Shown piece by piece: positions 38,298-49,649 of a DNA stretch of 64,000 bases. The notes under the pieces are model-generated. The model worked only from the letters and a program-made list of their open reading frames with translations, was not told the DNA's origin and searched no databases. Position 1 is the first letter of the stretch; every line of letters begins with the position of its first letter. Source of the stretch: Podarcis melisellensis (Eukaryota); the NCBI GenBank assembly GCA_964234715.1, contig OZ174282.1. One strand, given 5' to 3'. The position numbers and the translations under genes were made by a program.

Positions 38298-40332
38298 AAA
38301 TGCATCCTATTTTAACCTCTATTATATGACACCAGTTTGTGCACTAAAGTTTCAAAGCATAGGAACTGAAACCTGCAGGAATGAGTTAGGCAAGGGTCAC
38401 CAATCTTTTTGGCACAACTGCAAACCAGAAAAATTGTTGTGGGCACTGCACACAGCCCACACAGCCACCTATTCCACTGGCTACCATAAAATACCTCTCA
38501 AGTTCCAATTCCAGTAGGAGAACTAGTGAAGGTCTCTGTGGATACATGAGCACTCACAGGTGCCGCGGTAGCAACCTCTGCAGGAGGGAATGATCTGCTG
38601 CTCTAAAGCCTTTCCCAATACCAGTGACTGAAGTTGATACAGGATGGGTTTGAAAATTCAGCATATCAGCAGGTGAAAAAGCAGGTAGTTCCCAGGTCTT
38701 TGAAAACATAAGGCATTTAAAGTTATTGCTACTTCTACAAGTTAAATACCATCTGGCTCCTAAAAATGAATAGGTCTCCAAGGGGACCAGTTTTCCATAT
38801 TCTTTTGTTCTTGGGGAAGAAGGTTCAAGAGGCTTTGGACACTGCTGAGCACCCAATAGCAAAGTGAGACGATGGTTGAAAAGTAAGCAAAATGTGAAGG
38901 CTGGCCGATTCCTACTTATACAGACACAATGGGCCTATACCACTTGTGAACTGCTTGCCAATTGTCTCGATGATCCCCCTGTTACGTCAAACCAAGGCAG
39001 GGAACAAAACAGATTAATTTAGCCTCTGCTGTCCTGCACTCATCTCGACAGATCAAAATGGCCCAGTTTGCTTGGCTTAAGTGTAAATGAGCAAGCTACC
39101 TGGCCTGGTTGAACATGGCCTTGTAGTTAGTCTTGCTCCAGACAAGCGACAAGTGGCAAACCAAGAACAAACCTTGGCAACAACTAATGGTTTGTCTGAA
39201 GTGAGACAAAGCACATGCCTAGGTTCACCTGCAATGCTAAGCCAGAGCATGGCTTAGTGCTAGGGAGCACAGCAGCACGGGGGAGGAGTGCAGCAACCAC
39301 AGTCTTCTCTCTGAAAATAAGGTTTGGTTCAGTGTTGCGTGTCAATCGGGCCATCATATGGATCTGCATGTCTAGAACAAAACATTTCTTGGTTTAGTCA
39401 AAGCTTATTTCTCTTCCAAGAAGCATCCACTGTTACCTTGAAAAGCACTAAATCCATCTCTGTTCAGCCTGCCTTTCACTTACATGACATAGCACCTTAA
39501 TCATCAGAGGAACGGTAGAGTATTGCTGGGAATTCTCAATTTGCTGCCTGCACAGACCTTATTAGAGGATATCACTGTCTCCTGTGGAAGTCCAGCAGAA
39601 CACCCCAAAACAAATAGTTCTCCATCAAGCATGCAGTGAACCAGCCCATATAACTGACTCTCCTCCTGCTTTCCCATTCTAAAAGAAGGAAACATTATGA
39701 AGAGGGGACGGAAAGCAGGAATGCTTCCTAAAAGCCTCTGTTCAATAAGACTGTCACCAGCTCAAAGTAAAACCCGGCCCCTGCTCAGGTAGCATCTCCT
39801 TCTCCTTAACTGAGTCCTCCAACACCCACAATAGAGAAGTTTTCTTGGCAGTGATATACCAGAAGAACCGAAGAAATGAGTTAGCTAGTTTCACAGGTTT
39901 AATTTCAGAACCTCATACATTTCAGTTGCACAAAACCCTGGAACACATAACTGTGCAACTGGGATTTCACAATCAATCCTTCTCCTCCCATCCCCAAAAT
40001 GTAATTTGTGGTGCTGCGTTTGGCCACAAAAAATATACGTAAAAGGATTCTTGGTAAGACAAGCTGCTTCAGAATTCCCAGGATAATGTGAAGACAATTG
40101 CCAGTATAGCCATTTTGTCTATAGAGCATGTTAGGATGGCCAGTGCCTTGATGTTAAACCATACTCATTTTTTTAAAACCCCGATGTCCACTAATCTATG
40201 TTCATGAACAGGACACCAAGGAACAAGTAATAGGTCAGCTAGTCAGAGATGAGCCTAGAATGCAGGCCTTTCCCTTTAGCTTACAGCAGCCCATCAGCTT
40301 GTCTTCCTTGACCCCAATAAAGTCCCTTTCCC

Positions 40333-40338
40333 TTTATT
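40333..40338 (-). terminator. Candidate polyadenylation signal of CIAPIN1
   Basis: AATAAA about 110 nt after the stop codon. Confidence 0.45.
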
Positions 40339-40445
40339 AGAGACCTTCCCAGAGTGAGAGTTATGGCAGCAAAACAATGCACAGCCTAAAAGGCAAAGAA
40401 CAGCTGTGTACGTGCCCCACAAGGGGGCCCGATTTGGTCCTTCTC

Positions 40446-40556
40446 TTAGGCATCATGGAGGTTATTCTCATTCAGGAGGATCTTCTCGCCAGGTTTGAAG
40501 GCTGGCAAGCCACGGTAAGGGCAGCTGGAACAGCGGAATGCATCCCCCAGGTAACA
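40446..40556 (-). CDS. CIAPIN1: CIAPIN1 last coding exon
   Basis: [39 protein letters not shown]. Confidence 0.96.
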   Translation of the reverse strand, partial: CYLGDAFRCSSCPYRGLPAFKPGEKILLNENNLHDA

Positions 40557-43500
40557 CTGCAGGGAGAAGAGAGGCCAAGTCAGTGCCCTGCCAAAGGGGA
40601 ACGTTTCACAGTTCCTGTTCATTTTTCAAGTGGAAAGGGGCTTGCATTAAATATGACTTAAAAGTTTGTCTCAAGGGGTGAGGGGAAGAATTGACCTTAA
40701 CGAGACAAAGTCAGTCAGTATTGAGGCTCAATGCACCACATTTCCCCCACCCCCAAGTGGAAAAAATATTTTAGTGGCTGCATATAATCCTCCAGGATAA
40801 TTCTCATTCCACCTCAAACATAGCAGTTGAACAAATTTGAACCAAAGGCTATTTAGGGAACAGTCCACATGACTTGGGGAACAGGCAAAATAGGAGTTAC
40901 ATTTTTACACTAATCTTTCACAACGCTTCTTCACATGACAAATTATTCTATAGCTTTCTCTTCTGTGTTAGAAACTGTATATACCCTTCATGTAGACCTA
41001 TGGTGAACATACTTACCGTATTTTTCGCCCAATAGGACACACTTTTTCCCCTCCAAAAATGAAGGGGAAATCTGGGTGTGTCCTATGGGGCGAATGCAGG
41101 CTTTCGCTGAAGCTTGGAGAGCGAGAGGGGTCGGTGCGCACCGACCCCTCTCGCTCTCCAGGCTTCAGGAAGACATCTGCAGCCTAGGCAGCCCTGTGGG
41201 AGTTCCCGCAGGGCTGTTTAGGCTGCGGATAGCAGCCTACTTCCCGGAGCGTCGGGCGCTCTGCTTTCAGGGCGTCTGGCGCTTTGGGAACACATCCGCA
41301 GCCTAAGCAGCCCCGCGGGAGGTCCCCGCAGGGCTCCCCACGCTGCGGATAGCAGCCTGCCGCCCGGCGCGCAGCACACCCTGAAGCAGGGCGCCCCTCG
41401 CGCCGGGCAGATATCCGCAGCGTGGGGAGCCCTGCAGGAGTTCCCCGCAGGGCTCCCCACGCTGCGGATAGCAGCCTGCCGCCCGGGGCGCCCTGAAGCA
41501 GAGCGCCCCTCTCGCCGAGCAGACATCGGCCAGCCCCACGAGCTCAGGGGACAGCAGGGAGGCGCAGCGCCGCCATCCCGCTGTTCCTCGACCCGGTTCA
41601 GTTTCCCCGACCTGCTTTTGGGGGGGAAATAAAAGGGGGGGAATTCCTTTATTTCTCCCCCCCAAAATTAGGTGCGTCCTATGGGACGGAGCGTCTTATG
41701 GGACGAAAAATACGGTAACTAATTTGCCATGTACACAAGCTATCAGAAATCACCGTGCTTTGCTCTGCATTTGCAAATGGCGGAAAGCACATGTGGGTGC
41801 TCTGGAGTGTAGCTGATCTCTGCTGAATGCGGGTCTCGAATACAGCAGCAACCAGCTGACTTGCAGTGGCTTCAAGCCCCGCTAGGATCAGCTACAGTCT
41901 GGAGCTGGCAGTCAGGGAATCTAGCCAATCCAAGCTGACCATGCTGACTGTCAAGTGACTGGGAGGAGGGCAGCCTGCCAGGATGAAAAGGGGCTGCCAT
42001 GATGGGGGACCAAAGGGACAGCAGAGTGAAAAGGTTGCCCACCTCCGACCTAGATATAAATCCAGTGTTTTGATTAGCAAGTAAATGTACATCCTTACAT
42101 TGCCACATGCGGATTTGGGCTGTATGTTGTTCTTCTTCTGCTCTAGCTCTTCAGCAAGACCACAGGTACTGCAGAAGGGAGAGGCTTTGTAAATCTACAC
42201 ATAAATCTATTTATTTAATGAAGAAATCATTATATAACAGTTTGCAAGCAGGCAGTGGGTGGCTTATTCTTCCTTAGAGTGTCTCCAGACATGCTAGTTC
42301 TTATTTCTCTCCAATCTGATCATAGTGGTGCTGTGTAGCAAAGAGTATCTTAACTGCTACAAACAGTACAGAACACTGAGAAATGCAAATTCCAAGATCT
42401 TCCCTATTATTTAGGGACCTCCAGGCATAGGGCTGTATATAAATTCAATAAAATAAATTTAGTTGAAGAATTCCAGCTCCTGGCCTAGATTTCAAACTTA
42501 GGAGAAACTACATTTCCAACAAACTGACCTTATGTACCATTATTTCCATGTGGACTCATTTCCAAGTTGATGTACATAAGCTTGCAGTTCACTCTCTTCA
42601 TTCCTTACCTGGATTTTCCCCAAGACTATATTTTGCTGATTCTCCCCCATGCCCCACTATCTTATTTCAGATGCACGAGTTGCATAACTGATCTCAAGCA
42701 ATAAAGTTCAGAAAGTTTGTAAACATAATAAATAAATCAAACATCCCTACTAGTTAATACAAAGCAAATCTTATAAAAACAAAACAAAAAGAACAACATC
42801 TAAACCTGAAAAAACCCACATGCAATTCGGGCAGCTTGTTTGCAGCATCACAAACATTTGTTCATGTCACAAAAAAGTCATTTCTCTTGAAAGTAACCAG
42901 CTGCTGGGCCTATGACCATGGAATCAAATTCATCTTAGGGCCAGAATGTCCATGTACCTCTGTTTTCGAAGGTCTCAGAAGTGAAAGGCTTCAGTTTTCG
43001 AATGCCAAAAACTCAGAAGTAAATGCTTTGGTTTTCGAACAAGCCTCGGAAGTCGAAAATGCTATGCGGCTTCCGCTGCGTGAAAGATCCAGAGGCATAG
43101 CTGTGGGCTATTGAGGTTTCGGTTTTCGAATGTTTCGGAACTCGAACTGTCTTCCAGAACCAATTATGTTCGAAAACTGAGCTACCACTGTATTTCAGTA
43201 CTCACCAGTTCTTACACGCTTTCTTCTTTCCAGAGTCCTTACAGGAAGGGGCTTTAAGGGAAGCTGGATCTGGCTTTTTCAAATCCTCAGGGTCCAAAAG
43301 CTCGTCTGAATCCAGAAGATCCTGGAAAGAAGAAGAAGAAGACCATGATCCATATGAAACTAAGATGTTTCCCTCTCCATTAAGACAGTCCCCATTTTGG
43401 AAGGTTTGTTCCAGGTGTGCTTCTGCACAGTCCTAGAGATATCTCAGAACAAAACAGCAGAAATAATGTGGCACTGGCATAGCCGTCAGAACACAGAGAA

Positions 43501-46500
43501 ATGTATAAAATAAGGGCATTCCTTTGCTTGCATTTGGTGATTTTCATACTCACTGCATCATCATCGTCCATATCATTGGCAGAAAGAGTCCAGAGCTTTG
43601 CAGCCATGGGATCCACAGCCGGCTTTTCTAAGGAGAATAGAATAAGGAATTATAGAGAACAGAACAACAGTGGGGTCCTAGCACATGTTTTGTCTCATCC
43701 ATTCTTGGGACCTTTTAGCTCAAACTTTGTTAGAGAGCACCTCAGCGTATTTTCAGATCTAACTATGGAAAATCTCTTATAATGCATCCAATATAAGGTC
43801 TGCTCCCAATACAGATATAAAATATTTACGTGGCCCTCTAACCTGGTGGCATGACAATGAAAACACATTATACTGTGCTCTGAAGCACATCACTCTGTGA
43901 AGTTCTGTGAGACGCTGTCATGATAAAATACGGCTGCCACAGCTGAGATATTGTACTTTCTGCTTTGATTTTCTTGCAGATCCTCTTACAGAGAAAGGGG
44001 TGCTCAACATAAAGGCTTGTTTTTCCCTTAATTGCTCCCCACTGAACAAATGATGGGCAAGAGACCTAGAAGGCTGGCTGAAATTAAGCCACAAACCACT
44101 CTGGCCAATGGAATGTAGATTCCACACCCTAATATAAAGCAATGTGAACGTGTTCATCATTAGTTTAGCAATTTGCTTTGGAGGCTGAAATGAAGGCTAC
44201 CAACAGACACTACGCTTATAAGCTAGAGGGTAAAGAGCATTGCTTTCAAAGACCATGTGTCAGTAACCACCTTGATTATTATATTGACTTCTAAAGAACG
44301 GAGTGAATTCACATTCTATGGACAAGTGAATGTATTTCCTAAGATTACGCTGTGAAGAGGAGAGATCCCTATTCACCTCTCTCTTTCTTGACAAAAGAAA
44401 TTTTGAGTTGACTTGAAGATCCCACTTCAAAGTTGGGTTTCTTGCCTTCCATCTGAACAGAATAAATTTCATTGCACTGGAACCCCAGATGTTCCTGAAG
44501 AGATTGGATTTGTTCAGAGGTTAAGGGCTCTTTCTGTAACTAAAAAACAAGACAAAGCAAAGTATTAGCCTGGTGTCAAATCCATCCCAGAGTACCCAGA
44601 AGGAATGGCACATTAGCACCATGATACCCACACAATATGTTTCCCCTTTGTAGAAACCTCATCCAAAGAAACCTAATGGTAGTATTCAACTAAGTCCTTC
44701 TTAAGTATAGACCCACTGAAATCAATGACCCTTAGTTAGCCATGCCCATTGATTTTACTATGTATACTCTGAGTAGGACTAGCAGTGAATGCCACCCAAA
44801 GCAAACATTTTCAAGGCTACTTTTGCTTGCTCCCTAGGGAAACCCAAAGCTTTGTTGTCTCCAAATATATTGTGCACAGTTAGGTTTTCTGGAATATATG
44901 ATCTATAGAAGTCTCAATATCCACATACGTACCTCCTTTATTTCCACCAGCCCTGAGAGTGTCAAAGCTGCAGGTAGCTTGGGGATTGTCTTGAGCCCAT
45001 TGTTGTTACCTGGGAGGTGTAGGACAAGGAGGAAACAGCATCCATAATCAACTATGTGCAGTGCTCAAAGTATGACTGTCCCACAGAAGAGTGTCCCACA
45101 GGCCTCATTCTTTGCATTTCCTGAATCACTTTAGGAACTGCCAGACATCAATTCAATTAATTAGGAAATATAGTGGGCTCTGGCCCTCACTAATATAAAT
45201 GGGCTATTTCTAGCAATCTCCCAGTAACTGAATCCCTAAAGCCCTCTAGCTGATCTTAATTAGCATAAGGAAGTGATTATTAGGTCAATCACTGAATTAA
45301 CTTGTTTAAATATCTTGTTCTCTTGCACCACAAGCAGGAATATTGGCCCCGGCTTGAATGTGGTATAACTTAACTCAAGAACGCACAACTTCCAGCAGTG
45401 CTTCCACTGATACCCAGTAATATTCAGTTACAGATGCTGTATCAACATCTGGTTAAATCAACTCTGCCGTGACCATCTGACATGCTCAGGTGTAGACAAG
45501 TTCTAAGCTATTGCAGCTTAAATTCAACGAAGCCGCGGGCAAAACTAACCAGGAGACTCAGGAATCAAGAGGATAAGGACTTTAAAAAAGAATGGGAAAA
45601 ATTAATAATTTACCTAAGAGAACATTGTAAGCTGGACATTAAGAATCACTTGTAAAGCAATGAGGTTTATGCATAACTTATAGTAATGAAAAATATGGAG
45701 AATATATTATGTAGATTGGTAAAAAAAAATGTTATTAGGACCCATGTTAGGGATGGGGGGAAGTCACGAGTTTCAGAGAATCTCATGGATTGATTATATA
45801 AAGAATTTTGTTATTAATATGTATTCACAAAAACCAATAAAAAGCATTTCCAAATAAAAAGTTAAAAGAAAAAAATGAATAAAAATAAAAATAAACTCAA
45901 CAGAGCCCCATCAGTCAAATTAATGTTTGACACCCACGGTCCAGAGGTAAGAGAAAAGGTACCCCCTTACCTGTTTCTGTCGTCACTACTTCCTTCAGAA
46001 GGACACGGCCCCCTGGCTTGACTATCCGAGCTATTTCAGCCAATACTTCTGCACTATGCACAGTCAAGCTGCCAGGTAACAGGCCTGACAGAACCACATC
46101 AAAACTGGATTCCTTATGGGATGCTGAAGAGTTAAAGGAAGAGCACACATTATCTCTCTACATACCGTCATAACTGATGGGGTTTTACACCATGACCTAA
46201 AGCAGTATTTTTTCAAAGCCATTTTAAGTGGTAATCTTGGAAAACTCTTATTGAGTCAGTCACTGAACAGAACTTCTAGATTTCTTGAGATTGCTACACA
46301 CAAGGCTGCAATGTGTTATTCTGGCTGTCTCCTTGCCTCTGCATGCTGCAATCAGAATCAGGCCACTTAGGCAATTCACATATTGTATGGCAAAAACCCA
46401 GGTACACTAAAAAAAGTATAACATCCTTTGCATGGCCACAAAATCTTCCCATGTTGTACAGGATGTCATTGCTGTGTGTCACAAGCAGCCTGACAGACAG

Positions 46501-46875
46501 GCAAAGAGACAGCAGTCACTGCCCCATCCTTGTTTAGCAACTTCGCCATGGCACATGAGTAGTAAGGGCTTTTCTCAGGCTGTTAGTGACTTAACAAGCA
46601 GCTCAGTGCTGTTTCCTTCTCTACACACAACACTCTATGATGTCCAACATGTATTGGTTCAGTGCTACGATGAGACCTTAAAACCAAACACAGCAACAAA
46701 TACTTTTTCAACACTTACATTGGAGCAGCTGGTTGATATTTTCTATGGATACATGACCCTCAACTCCAACAGCAGCCTGGATGTTCTGCACAAAACTTTG
46801 CAGAGCTTCAGCAGGAGAGTGCATATCCCAAATCACTGCCACTTGCTGGCCCATGGAGATCCCATGAGCCGCCAT
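40446..46875 (-). CDS. CIAPIN1: Anamorsin (Dre2 homolog), join(46719-46875,45971-46123,44933-45009,44377-44539,43554-43627,43206-43321,42099-42168,40446-40556), 306 aa
   Basis: 921 nt, phases consistent. [36 protein letters not shown], and Fe-S Cys motifs KKKACKNCTCGLAEE and [20 protein letters not shown]. Confidence 0.97.
41016..41715. mobile_element. Tc1/mariner-superfamily non-autonomous element with internal GC-rich hairpin repeats
   Basis: TA|CCGTATTTTTCG...CGAAAAATACGG|TA TIRs with TA TSD; located in the last intron of CIAPIN1. Confidence 0.85.
42099..42168 (-). CDS. CIAPIN1: CIAPIN1 coding exon 7
   Basis: [23 protein letters not shown]. Confidence 0.95.
42951..43190. mobile_element. 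Tigger/pogo-like MITE
   Basis: GTACCTCTGTTTTCGAA...TTCGAAAACTGAGCTACCACTG|TA; repeated TTTTCGAA units. Confidence 0.7.
43206..43321 (-). CDS. CIAPIN1: CIAPIN1 coding exon 6
   Basis: [39 protein letters not shown]. Confidence 0.95.
43554..43627 (-). CDS. CIAPIN1: CIAPIN1 coding exon 5
   Basis: [24 protein letters not shown]. Confidence 0.94.
44377..44539 (-). CDS. CIAPIN1: CIAPIN1 coding exon 4
   Basis: [19 protein letters not shown]...[18 protein letters not shown]. Confidence 0.93.
44933..45009 (-). CDS. CIAPIN1: CIAPIN1 coding exon 3
   Basis: [25 protein letters not shown]. Confidence 0.93.
45530..45895 (+). mobile_element. L1-type LINE 3' fragment
   Basis: CTCAGGAATCAAGAGGATAAGGACTTTAAAAAAGAA matches the reverse complement of the 34627-35014 element; AATAAA plus A-rich tail. 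Confidence 0.65.
45971..46123 (-). CDS. CIAPIN1: CIAPIN1 coding exon 2
   Basis: [18 protein letters not shown]...[15 protein letters not shown]. Confidence 0.95.
46719..46875 (-). CDS. CIAPIN1: CIAPIN1 first coding exon
   Basis: [17 protein letters not shown]...[11 protein letters not shown], donor GTAAGT. Confidence 0.94.
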
Positions 46876-47097
46876 GTCTGAAACAATGCAGAACCTGAAA
46901 GAAACAAAAAACAACTGTTGACAAAGTGCAATATATTAAGCGCCAAGGAACAGAGACTTAAATTAACAGGAATTTCTGGAGATTTCCTGGTTGTTAATAT
47001 TGACAGCATTCTCTAAAGAGAACGTGTCAGCCAGTTTCCCCAAACAGCACTGTTACCAAGATCTAGAGAATACAGGGGTAGCATCAAGTCTGGTAGT

Positions 47098-47297
47098 TGT
47101 TGTTCTCTTTGACATCTGGTGGGAGGGCATTCCACTGGGTGGGTGCCACTACCGGGAAGGCCCTCTGCCTGGTTCAATGTAACTTGGCTTCTCACAGTGA
47201 GGGAATTGCCAGAAGGCCCTCGGTGCTGGACCTCAGTGTCTGGGTAGAATGGTGGGGGTGGAGACGCTCCTTCAGATATACTGGACCGAGGCCATTT
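47098..47297 (-). mobile_element. L2-like LINE 3' fragment
   Basis: Reverse-complement similarity to 28640-28790. Confidence 0.65.
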
Positions 47298-47384
47298 CTT
47301 TATTCTTATCTCATCTGCACACATTTGAACCACAGATCTGTAGAAGGCACTACTCTCCCCCAAACAGTACAGATAAGAGTTTTA

Positions 47385-47480
47385 AAACATGTGCGTGTAC
47401 ACGAAAGCTCATACCAATAACAAACTTGGTTGGTCTCTAAGGTGCTATCAGAAGGAATTTTAAAATTTTGTCTCGACTAC
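47385..47480 (+). mobile_element. Short Penelope-like element remnant (second copy inverted at ~25168-25220)
   Basis: CACGAAAGCTCATACCAATAACAAACTTGGTTGGTCTCTAAGGTGCT; family call from recall. Confidence 0.45.
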
Positions 47481-48803
47481 AGATAAGCAGATCTTAAGCA
47501 ACCAATGAAAATGGAGTAATAAGAAGTCTAGAATCAGTTTCTAGCAAGTAGTGAGACCATGTCTGCACATCAACTGATCAGGGTCTTCCATTTCTACCAA
47601 GGTTCTCCCCTTTTTGCTGAAAGTAATTGGGCCTGGTAAAGAGTTCAATCAAACACATCTCTTTAAAGATCCATCTCAAAGCTTTTTGCTCACTTTCTGC
47701 ACCTTCAGCTGTGGCCAGCTTCAAACAAAGCATCCTTACCACACGGAAACTAAGCTACTCAACTCGAAAAGCAAGAGACTTTTATACAAACTGGGAAGGT
47801 GATGCCTTTTTTCAAAAAGACCTGCAGGGCCTGTCTATGAGGTTCCTCTCTCAGCTATCACCTACCCTCTGCAGTTCTATGAAGGGAGGGCTGCGACTGT
47901 AGGGCCTCTCCATTGCTGCTGCAGAAAGACCACCTTTGTGAGGTTTCTCTATTGCCTCTGTTGAAAAGACCAGCAACTTTGGGTTCCTTTTCCTCAAATG
48001 GCTGCATTCCAGCTGGCCATCGCAAGAACTTTGTAGCCTGGCGCCTGAACTTGAGTATGCTTTGGGCTAAGCAACAATTATTATGGTGAGTAAGGCTGCA
48101 ATTAAATTCAATGACTAGGTAGGCAGGAGGGAAAAGATATAATCCCAAGAAGAAACTGAAGGACGCTCTCTGGTGAACCAAAGAGGATGGGGATATATGA
48201 AGTTACTTAGTGAGGAGGTGGCAGCAACTGAAGAGCAGCACAGCTGATAAAAGTATTGGAGCAGTCCGCCAACCTGGCCCCATCCAGGCATGTGGGACTA
48301 TAACACCCATCAGCCTCAGCAGGAGTCCCAAACACCTGGAAGGGGGCCAGCTTAGCAAATGCTGGACTAGAAGCTGAATGACCCAAGTTCATATCCTGAC
48401 CCTGCCACAGACTGACCTGACCTTGGCACGGCCAGTCTCTCAGCCAGGCCTACTTCACAGGGTTGTTGTGGGGATTTAAATGGGGGGGGGGGAGAGAGCC
48501 GTGTACATGGCACCTCGAGCTCCTTCAAGGCCCCCCGGCTTCTCTTTCCTCCTCCACCAAACAGGAAAGGGCCAACGTGACGTCACAAGCCGCCCAGGCG
48601 CCGGGGAGATGGGCGGCCTCGGGGCAATTCGCGCGTGCGTCTCTCTGGGCCGGGATGACGGGCGACGACGACCCCCGCCTTCCGTTAGGCAAAGGTCTAA
48701 AGGCGACCCAAGGGCAGCGAGGAAGACCCTCGCTCATTTCAAGCGCAGGAGGGGAAGGGAACATGCCCAGGCTGCCCCTCCCCGCCCGCCTCTCGTCACG
48801 TAC

Positions 48804-48900
48804 CGCCTTTCCCGCTTTCCTTCCCGGAGCCGCGAGCTCGGCAGCAGCGGGCCGCCTCCCCTTTCCAGCCGCTCGGGACGGACCTTTCCCGACTCGTCAC
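48804..48900 (-). other. CIAPIN1: Probable non-coding first exon of CIAPIN1 (5' end approximate)
   Basis: Donor GCG|GTACGT at 48803 inside the CpG island; the coding ATG is preceded by an acceptor, so an upstream exon is required. Confidence 0.5.
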
Positions 48901-49588
48901 GAGCTCTCGATCGGCCCTCAGCTAAACCCGCCCCCCACTTCAGCTGCCCTTTGCAAAGATGGCGGTGAGCAATTAAAGAGCGGCTCCTGACGCCCCTTTG
49001 CCCGTTCCAAAGATGGCGGGCAAGGGGCGGACATTTGTGAAACATAGAGATAGAAGAGTTGGGGCGGGGGATAGAAGAGGAACACAAGTCTGACTTTTCC
49101 AAAAGTCGCCATTGTCCGTGATTCTCTGAGTCATGAGTGTGGGGTGTTTTTTTAATCGCCCCTGGTCATTGCTTGGGCTGGGTGATCTGGGAGCTGGAAT
49201 TCCACAATTATCGGGGGGGGGGGTAACAGGTAGCTTCTTGCGTTCTAAGGGAGCATTGTGGTGCCACGCTATTCCTAGGCATATTTATTTACTTCATAAA
49301 TTTATACGCCTCTTGATTGTAAAAATAAAAAGTCTCTCAAAGAGATGATCTGTCTGTGATGCAACGCAGCTATAATCTGCAATGTGAGTTGCTGCGGAAA
49401 GCCAATAAAGCCCGGAAGTGTGGCTTATAAAGACAACTCTATACTACAGCTCCTGCTTCTCTCTCTTTGAAGCCTGCCAGCGGGGGCGGTTCCTCCCACT
49501 GCCTGTTTGCCCTCCCCAAAGATGGCGACTGGCCCTTCGAGCTTCCCACTCCAAGGCGCTTCTCATTGCTCTCTGGCCCACTGTAAAG

Positions 49589-49649
49589 ATGGCGGCGGCC
49601 GCGGCGAGTCTGAGGCGAGCGAGTTGGGGGCTGCTACGCTGCCAGGCGG
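49589..49649 (+). CDS. COQ9: COQ9 exon 1
   Basis: [20 protein letters not shown], donor G|GTGAG. Confidence 0.9.

Noticed and set aside
41076-41665. Repetitive GC-rich ORFs and a CRISPR-like appearance
   Set aside because: Internal tandem hairpins of a MITE; no unique spacers, no cas genes, eukaryotic context.
48463-48990. Long ORFs in the CpG island
   Set aside because: Stop-codon depletion from high GC content; no domain recognised.
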